DNA from: a virus
Strand: one strand, 5' to 3'
Virus record (IMG/VR): IMGVR_UViG_3300017987_000015
Coordinates: 4,965 to 68,964 of that record
Length of the DNA: 64,000 nucleotides
Position numbers and translations under genes: made by a program. This document shows, piece after piece, positions 18,802 to 27,395 of this stretch. Under the pieces are notes generated by a model, which saw only the letters and a program-made list of their open reading frames with translations, was not told the DNA's origin and ran no database searches. Positions within the stretch are counted from its first letter, which is position 1. The number at the start of each line of letters is the position of its first letter.

Positions 18802-19101
18802 CGTCACCCTCCTTTTCCCACACCACACGGCCGCGGCACCCATCCCATTCGATATCCCCCTCTGCCATAGCCCCGCCGGGGCCGAGTATGGTAATGCGAT
18901 CAGGCCTGAATTCCAATGGGGGGGAAAATTGGATGGCGACCACTGCCCCCTCCGGGATTTCGTCAGACACGATTATTGGGTAACCCAGCGGGGTCTCCGT
19001 CTCCGGCAAAACGGGCTGGGGCCTATACTTCACACGGTCACGGTCTATCCCTCTCTCCAGAGCTAGGGCGATCTGCATTAGCTCGATGTTGTCGTTATCG
19101 T

Positions 19102-19524
19102 TCACTGCAGATATGCCCCCGAGATATCCGCCGTGTCTGGGAGCACAAACAAGCCCCACCCAGTGCAGCTCTCTCCCGGCTCGATGTAGGGGCTGCAGGT
19201 TTTGGCAAATCTGGCACGCCCAGGATGCCCGGCCCAGCCGGCATATTTGTCGGGATATAGCCGCCCTCCCACAGCCAATTTGGGGAGTGCGGCAGGGCAG
19301 CGGCGTTCTGTGTTACTGCAATAAATGTGCACTTGAACCCATACGAGCTTCGACCCGCCCTGAGCGACCTTGGCCTTGCCGGCGGTATCAATGTAGCTGC
19401 GGCCCTCTTCGATGCCCGCGATGCTCAGCTCCACACCTTCCCTGGGTGTACTTTCACAGGCTGTTAGCGCCAAAAGGACGGCCAGTAGCGTTACTAATGC
19501 TGCACGTTTTCCCGAGTTCCTCAT
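19102..19524 (-). CDS. Lipoprotein
   Basis: MRNSGKRAALVTLLAVLLALTA|C lipobox followed by a beta-rich domain. Confidence 0.65.
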   Translation of the reverse strand: MRNSGKRAALVTLLAVLLALTACESTPREGVELSIAGIEEGRSYIDTAGKAKVAQGGSKLVWVQVHIYCSNTERRCPAALPKLAVGGRLYPDKYAGWAGHPGRARFAKTCSPYIEPGESCTGWGLFVLPDTADISGAYLQ

Positions 19525-19574
19525 TTGACTCCTCTCCTTCCGGCTCTTCGGCCGGGTGCTCGATCTCAGTTGTG

Positions 19575-19814
19575 CTATCCCCGATAGTGCCTTCCCGAAT
19601 GCCGCATCACACAGAACAGCGGCTCAGCCTGTTTCTTCAGCAGTTTGTCCCCACTCCGTGCAACCCGTTCATCGCTCCAATCGGACGGCCCGATATAGGC
19701 TGCCCAATCGCCACCGTATCCGGCCACCGCTATGATCTTGACCGCAAAGGCGTCGTTGTCTTGCACATCACTGGGGGCTGTCGTAACGGGATTCCTGAAT
19801 TTATATGTGGGCAT
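19575..19814 (-). CDS. Small hypothetical protein
   Basis: AGGAGG RBS; DWAAYIG...GDKL...A..LF...YR pattern. Confidence 0.55.
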   Translation of the reverse strand: MPTYKFRNPVTTAPSDVQDNDAFAVKIIAVAGYGGDWAAYIGPSDWSDERVARSGDKLLKKQAEPLFCVMRHSGRHYRG

Positions 19815-20145
19815 CGCTATCCTCCTGGGGGCCCAGAACGACACGGACCCATTTACTTCTGTTTTCTCGTATCCCCTGGATTTGATCAGGGTCCAGGTAC
19901 CCGCACTTCCGGCACCACGGCCCCCCCGATGTCTCTTCGATGGGATTCCCCGCACAGTGGGGGCATATGTCCGGCATGCTCTGGATTGCAACCCCGGAGT
20001 GCAGGGTTCCGCCCATTTGAAGCAGTCTCTCTGCAAGCCCCGGATCGAATCCCTGTGTGGGCAGCAGAGTTTTCCCGAATTCTGCCAGCACGTCCTTGAG
20101 TAGCCTTGCGCTCTCCTCGACGAATTCAGCCCCTGTCATCATCAT
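19801..20145 (-). CDS. Zn-ribbon hypothetical protein
   Basis: CPHC...WCRKCGY. Confidence 0.5.
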   Translation of the reverse strand: MMMTGAEFVEESARLLKDVLAEFGKTLLPTQGFDPGLAERLLQMGGTLHSGVAIQSMPDICPHCAGNPIEETSGGPWCRKCGYLDPDQIQGIRENRSKWVRVVLGPQEDSDAHI

Positions 20146-20572
20146 CCTCCTCAGATGGGCCGGCCCCAGCGCGCTCCGCTTGCAGAATCTGGTGGATCTC
20201 TTCGCCCTTCCTCTTACATTCCTCCAGAAAGCTCGGCCTATCGTGCAGTACCAGCACAGCGACAAGATCCCCGGCCAACTCCCTGGCCGCTTCCGGACTG
20301 AACACGATCGCGCCGATGGGCCCCTCCTCGGGGGTAATCGCCACATTGTTCCCGTAGTGGCAAGTGATGATGTCTTCTTTGTCCAATTTGATGATTACAA
20401 GCATTGGTTCTTTTGCCTCCTCGTCTACAATTAGGGAGACCACCAGCAGCCCCCCTACCACGAAGAGCAGCAGGGCTGCCTCTGCGGGGCCGAATCTCTC
20501 CAGGATCCCCCCTACCAGAAACCCGGCAAGCACTAGGGCTATACGAATAAAAATGTCCCAAGCTCTGCACAT
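20126..20572 (-). CDS. Membrane protein with two TM segments
   Basis: Two hydrophobic N-terminal stretches. Confidence 0.45.
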   Translation of the reverse strand: MCRAWDIFIRIALVLAGFLVGGILERFGPAEAALLLFVVGGLLVVSLIVDEEAKEPMLVIIKLDKEDIITCHYGNNVAITPEEGPIGAIVFSPEAARELAGDLVAVLVLHDRPSFLEECKRKGEEIHQILQAERAGAGPSEEDDDDRG

Positions 20573-20838
20573 AAGCGCTCCTCTGTATCCCACGCCTCGG
20601 CGGCCCGGATCCTGGCCCGGTCCAGACGCAATCGAGCATCGATGGCCCCTATCGGATCGTCCAAAATACGGGCATTCTCCACGGCCAACATCTCCTCGAC
20701 AGTGCGGCCAGCAATGAACCGGGCATACTTGGCATCCAGCCGGCACCGCTTGTCTATTTCCATAACAGTCTGGAGCTCTCCCCCATTTAGGCAGGGCTCG
20801 ACCAGACGATCGACCCATTCCCTCAAACCGCCATTCAT
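20539..20838 (-). CDS. Hypothetical protein
   Basis: Co-oriented ORF. Confidence 0.45.
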   Translation of the reverse strand: MNGGLREWVDRLVEPCLNGGELQTVMEIDKRCRLDAKYARFIAGRTVEEMLAVENARILDDPIGAIDARLRLDRARIRAAEAWDTEERLCAELGTFLFV

Positions 20839-20954
20839 CTTAGCATTCCCCCTCCAAATAACAACACAGCTAGGAGGCCCAGGGTGAGACCGGCCAGCAC
20901 CACAAGTGCCAAGGGCCCGCAACCGCAACCAGAATAGCCCTGCTGTGCCATATC

Positions 20955-21314
20955 TCATAACCCCACTTCTGTTCCCGATTTAGCCGATGTGGGCTCTCCC
21001 ACCAGCTCCCTCAAAGCACACCAAGGGCAGTTCATGCCAACGCACACGCTACGCCCACAGACCGGGCAGGTCTGGATGCCCCCGCCTGGGTGCAGCATCT
21101 CTTTTATGGCCTCTTGAATTGCGGGGCAGTCGTCATCAGGCTCGGCCAGACAGATAAAGATGGTCTGTGTCCTCCTGGTGATCCGGCCGCTTTCCAGCTT
21201 TGTGATTTCACACCTGCAGAGATGCGGGCAGTTTTCGCAGGGCGGCATCCGGTCTGGGTCCGGCCCTCCCACATCGGTTGCCTCTGGGGGGCTCAGTGGC
21301 TGTGGCTTGCACAT
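20955..21314 (-). CDS. Cys-rich hypothetical protein
   Basis: CENC, CPVC, CPWC; GAGGAGG RBS. Confidence 0.5.
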   Translation of the reverse strand: MCKPQPLSPPEATDVGGPDPDRMPPCENCPHLCRCEITKLESGRITRRTQTIFICLAEPDDDCPAIQEAIKEMLHPGGGIQTCPVCGRSVCVGMNCPWCALRELVGEPTSAKSGTEVGL

Positions 21315-21327
21315 TTATCCGCCCTCC

Positions 21328-21603
21328 TCAAATTGGGGCGTACTCCCGATCCACCTGTCCACCAGACACATCCTCCGATTTGGTGAATCCCCTGGAATTG
21401 GATTCCAGAACCTCGGCCCCATCCACCGACTCGAGGATAGCATCTTTGCACTCGCGGCACACGGGGATGGTGGCCTCATACCCATTGTCGTCGAAGAAAT
21501 GGACAATGTGCTTGGCTACCCGCCCGCAAATCTTCTTGTTCCTATAGTGCCGGCATCTCGCTTTTCGATGGGGACGTCTGCGCCCAATGGTATTCATACG
21601 CAC
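21328..21603 (-). CDS. Hypothetical protein
   Basis: Co-oriented ORF. Confidence 0.45.
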   Translation of the reverse strand: MRMNTIGRRRPHRKARCRHYRNKKICGRVAKHIVHFFDDNGYEATIPVCRECKDAILESVDGAEVLESNSRGFTKSEDVSGGQVDREYAPI

Positions 21604-21887
21604 TTCCTATCTAGTTGTAGGGCCAGAGTGCTGGCCGTAATCAAAGCCACCCCGAGTTGGGCAGCCTCGTCCGCCGGCATCGGTCCAAAGGCATAGTAGT
21701 TGACTTCCGCCGGGGGCTGCTCCTTCCCGGCTATCGCTTCGGAGAGATTCTCCCGCTTGCGGACCCAGATGTGCTCCTTGAACCCTTCATCCTCGGGCTC
21801 CCGGTAGGCGTCGATCGAAATAAGGGTAATACGGAGGGAGCTCCCTTCCCTATCTGTGCCTAGGTTTTCGGTTTTTTGCACCTTCAT
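21594..21887 (-). CDS. Hypothetical protein
   Basis: AGGAGGAG RBS. Confidence 0.55.
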   Translation of the reverse strand: MKVQKTENLGTDREGSSLRITLISIDAYREPEDEGFKEHIWVRKRENLSEAIAGKEQPPAEVNYYAFGPMPADEAAQLGVALITASTLALQLDRKCV

Positions 21888-22027
21888 CTGTGCTCCTCCT
21901 GGATGGTGTTCCTTTAGTCGTCGTCGTCGTCGCTTCCAAACATCGCCTCGTCGGCCGCGGCAATGGTCTCTTCGGCTGACTAGATCTCAGCCTGTAGCTC
22001 GTCATTTGTTGGTGGATCCGGCAGCAC

Positions 22028-22399
22028 CTATATCACCCCCTTTCCTAACCCCTCTTTGGATCGATCCTTCACCTGCAGGCACTTGTACAGAAGCTTGGGG
22101 ATATCGTATCCCACCTCCTGTCCGCCGATGCGGAACCAGAGGGCATACTCGTCTTTGGGATTCTTAAGTTTGGCGTAGCAGCCCCCGCGCTTGCGTCTGG
22201 AGAAATGCCTCACGCTGTGGCGTTTGTAGAGGATGTCATCAATGTGGCGATCAATGAATGCCCGCAAGGCCATGGTGCCTTCTGAGAAGACATAGAATCT
22301 GAGCAATGCCTTCTTCAGTTGGCCGGCCTGACGGGCACTCAGTACATCCAGATCCAGCAGGGCGTCCAGGCCCCTAGGTGTTCCGTTGGGATCACTCAC
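22028..22399 (-). CDS. Hypothetical protein
   Basis: GTGA-coupled to the upstream gene. Confidence 0.55.
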   Translation of the reverse strand: MSDPNGTPRGLDALLDLDVLSARQAGQLKKALLRFYVFSEGTMALRAFIDRHIDDILYKRHSVRHFSRRKRGGCYAKLKNPKDEYALWFRIGGQEVGYDIPKLLYKCLQVKDRSKEGLGKGVI

Positions 22400-22950
22400 A
22401 GCAGCGGCCCGTAACCCGAGTCGTTCAGATCGTCCATTACGTCGTCGTAGGCGCTAATGGCCCATTTTTGGGTTCGTCCTCGATCGGTCACGGTCCTCAA
22501 AACCCGGTCGCGGGCAATGCCCAGACCGATAGCCGCAGTGATCCATCCGTAGATGGCATCCCACTTCGCACGCTTGACTGCGGGCAGGGTGCCTCCGGAG
22601 CACTCCGGGCAGGTGTCTACGCTCAACACGGCCCCGATGACATCAACTGTGGGGCGGTTCTCCTTCAGGAAGGCATCACACAAAGCGCTGAGTGCATGAT
22701 CGTGGTCGAGCACGAACTCACGCCCGCACTCTTTGCACTGGCACTCAATGCCCTCCTCCCTCGACTGCCGCAAGAAGTCCACGGCGTTGACGAATTCGCC
22801 TACCGTGTCTGCCATAGAGCGGGTCTCCTCGTCGAACTCGGCAGCGTCGCCCCGAAACCCGCAAGTACCACAAGCCCAATCCTGGTGGAGATTGTTGGTC
22901 TCTCTGACGTTCGCGCTCTTGCACTTCGGGCAGCTTATCTTGCTCATCAT
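22396..22950 (-). CDS. Zn-ribbon protein, first gene of the early arm
   Basis: CPKC...CGTC, CKEC, CPEC; follows promoter copy 3. Confidence 0.6.
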   Translation of the reverse strand: MMSKISCPKCKSANVRETNNLHQDWACGTCGFRGDAAEFDEETRSMADTVGEFVNAVDFLRQSREEGIECQCKECGREFVLDHDHALSALCDAFLKENRPTVDVIGAVLSVDTCPECSGGTLPAVKRAKWDAIYGWITAAIGLGIARDRVLRTVTDRGRTQKWAISAYDDVMDDLNDSGYGPLL

Positions 22951-23019
22951 GTGCCTCCTCAGGGCCGTGCTCTAGATCGTGCAGCCCAATCCTCGATGCG
23001 GGATCTCTCCCACACCCCT

Positions 23020-23086
23020 ATTAAACCACACCGGAGGGCCCCGCACAAATGTCGGGTGTCATACGCTGGACATAACAGGTATCATA
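23020..23086 (-). promoter_or_regulatory. Early promoter-operator element, copy 3
   Basis: Minus strand TTGTGC-17bp-TTTAAT with TGTG extension and the shared upstream block. Confidence 0.75.
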
Positions 23087-23109
23087 TGTGCCATGTTATG
23101 GTTGGAAGG

Positions 23110-23152
23110 GTGTCATGTGACACTTGCGCTTCGAGTTGGGCTGTGGTTTAAT
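23110..23152 (+). promoter_or_regulatory. Divergent rightward promoter with a palindromic operator
   Basis: GTGTCA-TG-TGACAC palindrome (23110-23123) abutting TTGCGC-17bp-TTTAAT with TGTG extension. Confidence 0.7.
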
Positions 23153-23207
23153 GGGGGGGAGCAACCCCCCGGCCCTGATCGGGCCCAAAATGAACAAGGA
23201 GGAGGCT

Positions 23208-23582
23208 GTGGCATCTGACGAGTTTAATTTCACCTGGGGTCTACACCTCCTGGACGAGCTGGGGTACGTGCAGCTATTTGTATTCATGCTGCGGGCATAC
23301 TCTCAGCTCGGGATTACCAGGACGGAGATGCTGCTCTTGAGCCATCTTGCCAGTTATCACTACAACAGTCCGGCGGGAGAGAGCCGGCCGTCGCTGACGA
23401 CGGTAGCAAGGGAGATGGGCTACAGGAGCAGGGTTTCCGTTTCCAGGTTAGTGTCATCCCTGAAGGAGAAGGGAATGCTAGTGGTACACGAACGACCGGG
23501 GAAGCCGTCGATCTATGATGCCTCCCCGTTCGCCAGAGCAGCGTTGCGCAAATTTCTCAGGCTGCACAAGGAGGAGCTATGA
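23208..23582 (+). CDS. Winged-HTH protein resembling a replication initiator N-terminal domain
   Basis: PSLTTVAREMG...SVSRLVSSLKEKGML...RPGKPSIYD; GTG start after GGAGGAGG. Confidence 0.7.
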   Translation: MASDEFNFTWGLHLLDELGYVQLFVFMLRAYSQLGITRTEMLLLSHLASYHYNSPAGESRPSLTTVAREMGYRSRVSVSRLVSSLKEKGMLVVHERPGKPSIYDASPFARAALRKFLRLHKEEL

Positions 23583-24205
23583 CCGAAGATACCGCGAGTA
23601 CCAAGGAGAGGGCGGCAAAGGTTCTGCGCGTTTTGGCCCGATCGATGAAGCAGGGGACCCTCTGCCTATCGGTGTGCAATAGTGTCTCCCCCCTGAACCA
23701 ATTGGGAGAAACCGCCGGGGGCATAGAAGAAATAGCCGGCTTGCTGGAGGAAGGATGCCCCCACAAGGACGAGACGGCCGCACTGCTGCACGAAGCTGCC
23801 GATCTCCTAAATGTGCTCATCCTAAAGGAACGAGTGGAGGAGGGGGATCAGGAGAACAGGGCCCGATCCCTGATGTACCGGCTCCGGAAAAGGGCAAAGC
23901 GCGGGGGAGGGCGAGATCACGGAACTATTTCCAAGACCACCGGGCAGGGGCAGCCTGTTGCGTCGATGGAGCGGGTGCTATCGCTGGTTCGCGAGGAGCG
24001 GGCCAGACAGGTGCACCTATGGGGCGATGAAGACCGATCGGACGGTTGGTGGAGGATGATTCTGGACGAGGAACTGGGGGAGGCGGCTAGGATATGGCTG
24101 GAGGAAACCTATGATGCCCAGCCGGCCGCGTGGTTCAGGGAGATGGTCCAGGCAGCGGCTGTCCTGGTGGCGTGGTTGGAGCACAGACTCAATCGGGCTG
24201 GATAG
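23579..24205 (+). CDS. Protein with a C-terminal MazG-like nucleotide pyrophosphohydrolase domain
   Basis: ERARQVHLWG...W..IL.EELGEA...EMVQAAAVLVAW. Confidence 0.6.
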   Translation: MTEDTASTKERAAKVLRVLARSMKQGTLCLSVCNSVSPLNQLGETAGGIEEIAGLLEEGCPHKDETAALLHEAADLLNVLILKERVEEGDQENRARSLMYRLRKRAKRGGGRDHGTISKTTGQGQPVASMERVLSLVREERARQVHLWGDEDRSDGWWRMILDEELGEAARIWLEETYDAQPAAWFREMVQAAAVLVAWLEHRLNRAG

Positions 24206-24249
24206 AGGTGTATACTCCCGTATACAATAGGTGTATACTCCCGTATACA
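24206..24249. repeat. Two 21-bp direct repeats, each internally palindromic (iteron/operator-like)
   Basis: AGGTGTATACTCCCGTATACA at 24206-24226 and 24229-24249. Confidence 0.85.
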
Positions 24250-24566
24250 CGAAGAACATGAAAAAGAATCCGATTCTTCACCGAAGAAATCGCCCCCTTA
24301 CGGGGGAATCTTTCCAAGCGCTGCCCCTGCTGGAGATAGATATAGAGCTTGCAGACCGGTTTGGGCCGATGGCCTTGCAGATGGCCAAACTGGCCGGTGG
24401 GTGTGGCCTATCAGAGGAGGGCCGGCAAGCAGTCCTGGAGATCGTAGACGGCTTACACCCTGGTACAGCGGCCGCCGCTCAGCTCCTCGTTGAGTGGGTC
24501 GGCTCCTCTAAGGAAATCCTCCCGCTGCCTCTGGAGGACCAGAAGGAGGGGTATCTGAATACTTGA
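24231..24566 (+). CDS. Hypothetical protein
   Basis: ORF beginning within the repeats; start uncertain. Confidence 0.35.
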   Translation: MYTPVYTKNMKKNPILHRRNRPLTGESFQALPLLEIDIELADRFGPMALQMAKLAGGCGLSEEGRQAVLEIVDGLHPGTAAAAQLLVEWVGSSKEILPLPLEDQKEGYLNT

Positions 24567-24591
24567 CAAAGAGGCCGAGCTGTGGTATAAT
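24563..24591 (+). promoter_or_regulatory. Consensus sigma70 promoter upstream of the virion operon
   Basis: TTGACA (24563-68), 17-bp spacer ending TGTGG, TATAAT (24586-91). Confidence 0.9.
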
Positions 24592-24857
24592 GGGGGTACC
24601 CTGAGGCCGGCCCGTCCTCAGGGTGGCTCGGAGAAGCTTCGCGCTTGATTCCGTGTCTCCTCCTGGACGGGGGCCCGGGGCCTTTAAACCGTCCCGGGCC
24701 CCTGACAGAGCGGATGGGCGAGGACTTTTTTGAAAAGAGTGTGGGTGCGCTGCGATAGACAAAGGGTGCAGCGTTTGGCAGGTCTGGTGGGAAGGCCAGC
24801 CGGGAAGTAACACCTCGTGGCGGATTCGGCCCTGATCGTTGGGGAAATGGAGACTCG

Positions 24858-25460
24858 GTGGCCCTTTGGAGGGAAGACCGGCCCCTAGATCGGATACGGG
24901 GAACAGATGAGCGCAGAGGGGAGACAAGGAGAGCCAACGCGGCGCTCCGTGAGTATGCGCTTATGGGTCCCGGCAGGTCTCTACTGAAGCTGCATGCCAG
25001 ATTCCGGGCTATCCCCAAGAAGAATGCCCCTCAACCGCCCACGCGTCGTCTGTCAACTCTCAAACTGTGGTCAACCAAATATGACTGGGTTGCCAGGGTC
25101 AACCGGTGGGGCAAAATCCGCTGGGAGACCCGGCGTCGTGCTATACTCGAATCCGATTGGGAGGATGGGAGGGCCCTGAGGGAGAAGGCCCTGAAACTGT
25201 TAGAGGGTATAGATGGGAGCTCCCTTTCCCAGGTTGTGGAAGCGATCCAGGTTGCCAGCAAACTGCAGCGCATGGCCACCGATGAGCCGACAGACAAGGT
25301 GGAGGTGGCCCTGACTGGGCAGGCCCTGGATGGGGTGATTGAGAGAGAGATAGCCCGGCTTCTGGAGGAAATGGGTGATGGATTGGGTGTAGAGGTGAGC
25401 CTAGAGGATGTCTTACCAGGGGGGAACAACCGCGATATCTCCAAACTATCGACCGGGTGA
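24858..25460 (+). CDS. terS: Terminase small subunit (putative)
   Basis: Directly upstream of terL; Y..MGP.RSL...W...Y.W..R HTH-like pattern. Confidence 0.65.
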   Translation: MALWREDRPLDRIRGTDERRGETRRANAALREYALMGPGRSLLKLHARFRAIPKKNAPQPPTRRLSTLKLWSTKYDWVARVNRWGKIRWETRRRAILESDWEDGRALREKALKLLEGIDGSSLSQVVEAIQVASKLQRMATDEPTDKVEVALTGQALDGVIEREIARLLEEMGDGLGVEVSLEDVLPGGNNRDISKLSTG

Positions 25461-27039
25461 TTGGCATCGATGGCCGACAGAGGATAAGCGGGCGCTACTG
25501 CAGAGACTCAGAGAGATAAGGAGGGCCGGACGGGCTGGATTTAGACGGGGGACCCTTCAAGCACGAGGGAATTTTCTGTCCTTTATCAATTACACATTCC
25601 CTAACTATGTGCCAGATCCGGCTCACGAGCTGATCACAGACGTGCTGACCGAGGTTTTGCGCGGGAACCTGAAGCGGGTGATGCTATTTGCTCCCCCACA
25701 GCATGGAAAGAGCGAGATCGTTTCCGTTCGGTTTCCTGCTTTCTGGTTTGCGCACAGGCCCAATGATCCGGTTATCTTGTGTAGCTATGCTGCGTCTTTG
25801 GCCACGAGCAAATCCTGGGAGGCCCGATCGGTTGTGGAGAGCCCAGAGTATCGGGCTCTATTTCCGGGCATCGATACCGATCGATCTAGCAGGGCCAAGG
25901 ATGAATGGAGAATCAAGGGGTATCGGGGAGAGCTGGTGGCTGCGGGTGTTAGGGGCCCGATTGCTGGTCACGGCGCACTGTGTGGAATCATCGATGATCC
26001 GTTCAAGAATCGCCAGGAGGCCTTCTCCAGGGTTCGTAGGGAGGAGGTCTGGAATTGGTGGCGCTCGACATTCCGCCCGCGAATCTGGGAGGGCGGGGCA
26101 GTTGTTATCGTCACGACCCGGTGGCACGAGGACGATCTGGCCGGCCGGCTGCTGCAAGGACAGCGGGATAAATGGAAGGTGATCCGGCTCCCTGCACTGG
26201 CGGAATCCCAGGAGGACCGGGACAAGGCCAATACTCGTATTGGGCTGGAATCTGGTGTGCCCGATCCGTTGGGAAGGGAACCCGGAGAGGCCCTTTGCCC
26301 TCAGCGCTTTAGCCGGGCGGCGCTCCATGAGACTAAGGAGGACGTCGGGAATTATGTCTGGTTCTCCCAGTTTCAGGGCTCCCCCAAGCCTCCAGAAGGG
26401 GGCAGGATTAAGCGGGTCTGGTTTGAGATCGTGGACCGGGTTCCGGATATCGAGGGGGTCTTGTGGTGCAGGTATTGGGATAAAGCTGGCACTGAGGGAG
26501 GCGGGGCCTTCTCTTGTGGCACGAGAATGGCGGCCGTCCCTCTGGAGGGCAGCGCGTCTTACGGGAATCCCACCAAGTGGCACTTTTACGTTGCAGACAT
26601 TCGCAGAGGCCAATGGTCTTCTGGTACCAGGGAAGCTAGGATCATCCAGGCAGCCAAAGACGATGCGATCTTGGATTGGAAGGATGAGGGGGAGTATGAG
26701 ATTCTCGATCCGGGCCCCCCGATTTGGGTGGAGCAGGAGCCGGGCAGTGGGGGCAAGGAGTCTGCCGAGGCCACGATTTCCCGTCTTATTGGATTCGATG
26801 CCCACCTTGACAGGGTAACTGGGGCAAAGGAGCTGAGATGGGAGCCGTTTATTGCGGCTTCCGAGAATGGGCGGGTGTTTCTGGTTCGGGGGCCCTGGGT
26901 GTGGGATTGGCTGGACGAGGTATGCGCTGTCCCATTCGGGACATTCAGAGACCAAATAGACTCAGGGTCTGGGGCTTTTGCAAAGCTGGTGGCCAAGACT
27001 AGGCGTAAGAAGAAAAAGGCCTACCACGGCCTGGTGTGA
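25408..27039 (+). CDS. terL: Terminase large subunit
   Basis: PPQHGKS Walker A, IIDDP Walker B, TRWHEDDL, RYWDKA, EQEPGSGGK, DQID nuclease motifs. Confidence 0.95.
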   Translation: MSYQGGTTAISPNYRPGDWHRWPTEDKRALLQRLREIRRAGRAGFRRGTLQARGNFLSFINYTFPNYVPDPAHELITDVLTEVLRGNLKRVMLFAPPQHGKSEIVSVRFPAFWFAHRPNDPVILCSYAASLATSKSWEARSVVESPEYRALFPGIDTDRSSRAKDEWRIKGYRGELVAAGVRGPIAGHGALCGIIDDPFKNRQEAFSRVRREEVWNWWRSTFRPRIWEGGAVVIVTTRWHEDDLAGRLLQGQRDKWKVIRLPALAESQEDRDKANTRIGLESGVPDPLGREPGEALCPQRFSRAALHETKEDVGNYVWFSQFQGSPKPPEGGRIKRVWFEIVDRVPDIEGVLWCRYWDKAGTEGGGAFSCGTRMAAVPLEGSASYGNPTKWHFYVADIRRGQWSSGTREARIIQAAKDDAILDWKDEGEYEILDPGPPIWVEQEPGSGGKESAEATISRLIGFDAHLDRVTGAKELRWEPFIAASENGRVFLVRGPWVWDWLDEVCAVPFGTFRDQIDSGSGAFAKLVAKTRRKKKKAYHGLV

Positions 27040-27049
27040 AGGGGGACGG

Positions 27050-27385
27050 ATGTCGGAATTGTATCAAGCTCTAGTGGATGGGCGGGTGACGCTGGATGGT
27101 CTTAAGGCGGAGGCCGACCCGGAGCCCAAGCAGCGGGGGAGCCAGAATCAGCAAGGGGCTCCCAAAAGTGGGGGCATGCGCAGGTTCCGCTTGAACCGCA
27201 AGCAGGACGAGAGCGGAGTTTCGGGGGAGGGCATTGTCGCCGAGGGAGTGGCGTTCTCCAATGGGCAGTGCGCCCTGCATTGGCTGGGGGATCTCTCCTC
27301 GATTGTTCTGTACGACGATATGCAGACGTTAGAATCGGTACACGGCCACGGCGGGAAAACCGAAGTGCTGTGGATGGACAATTAA
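27050..27385 (+). CDS. Candidate capsid cargo protein (leader type B plus small domain)
   Basis: MSELYQALVDGRVTLDGLKA leader; C-terminal SGVSGEGIVAEG...HGHGGKT domain. Confidence 0.65.
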   Translation: MSELYQALVDGRVTLDGLKAEADPEPKQRGSQNQQGAPKSGGMRRFRLNRKQDESGVSGEGIVAEGVAFSNGQCALHWLGDLSSIVLYDDMQTLESVHGHGGKTEVLWMDN

Positions 27386-27395
27386 GGAGTGTAGC

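Noticed and set aside
21914-22027. Mini-ORF MLPDPPTNDELQAEI*SAEETIAAADEAMFGSDDDDD with an in-frame TAG, suggesting stop-codon recoding
   Set aside because: TAG ends clear genes such as the capsid fusion and the 3683 ORF, and no suppressor tRNA was seen. A single nonsense mutation or chance is more likely.
24206-24249. CRISPR-like palindromic repeat
   Set aside because: Only two copies separated by 2 bp, with no spacers and no cas genes.
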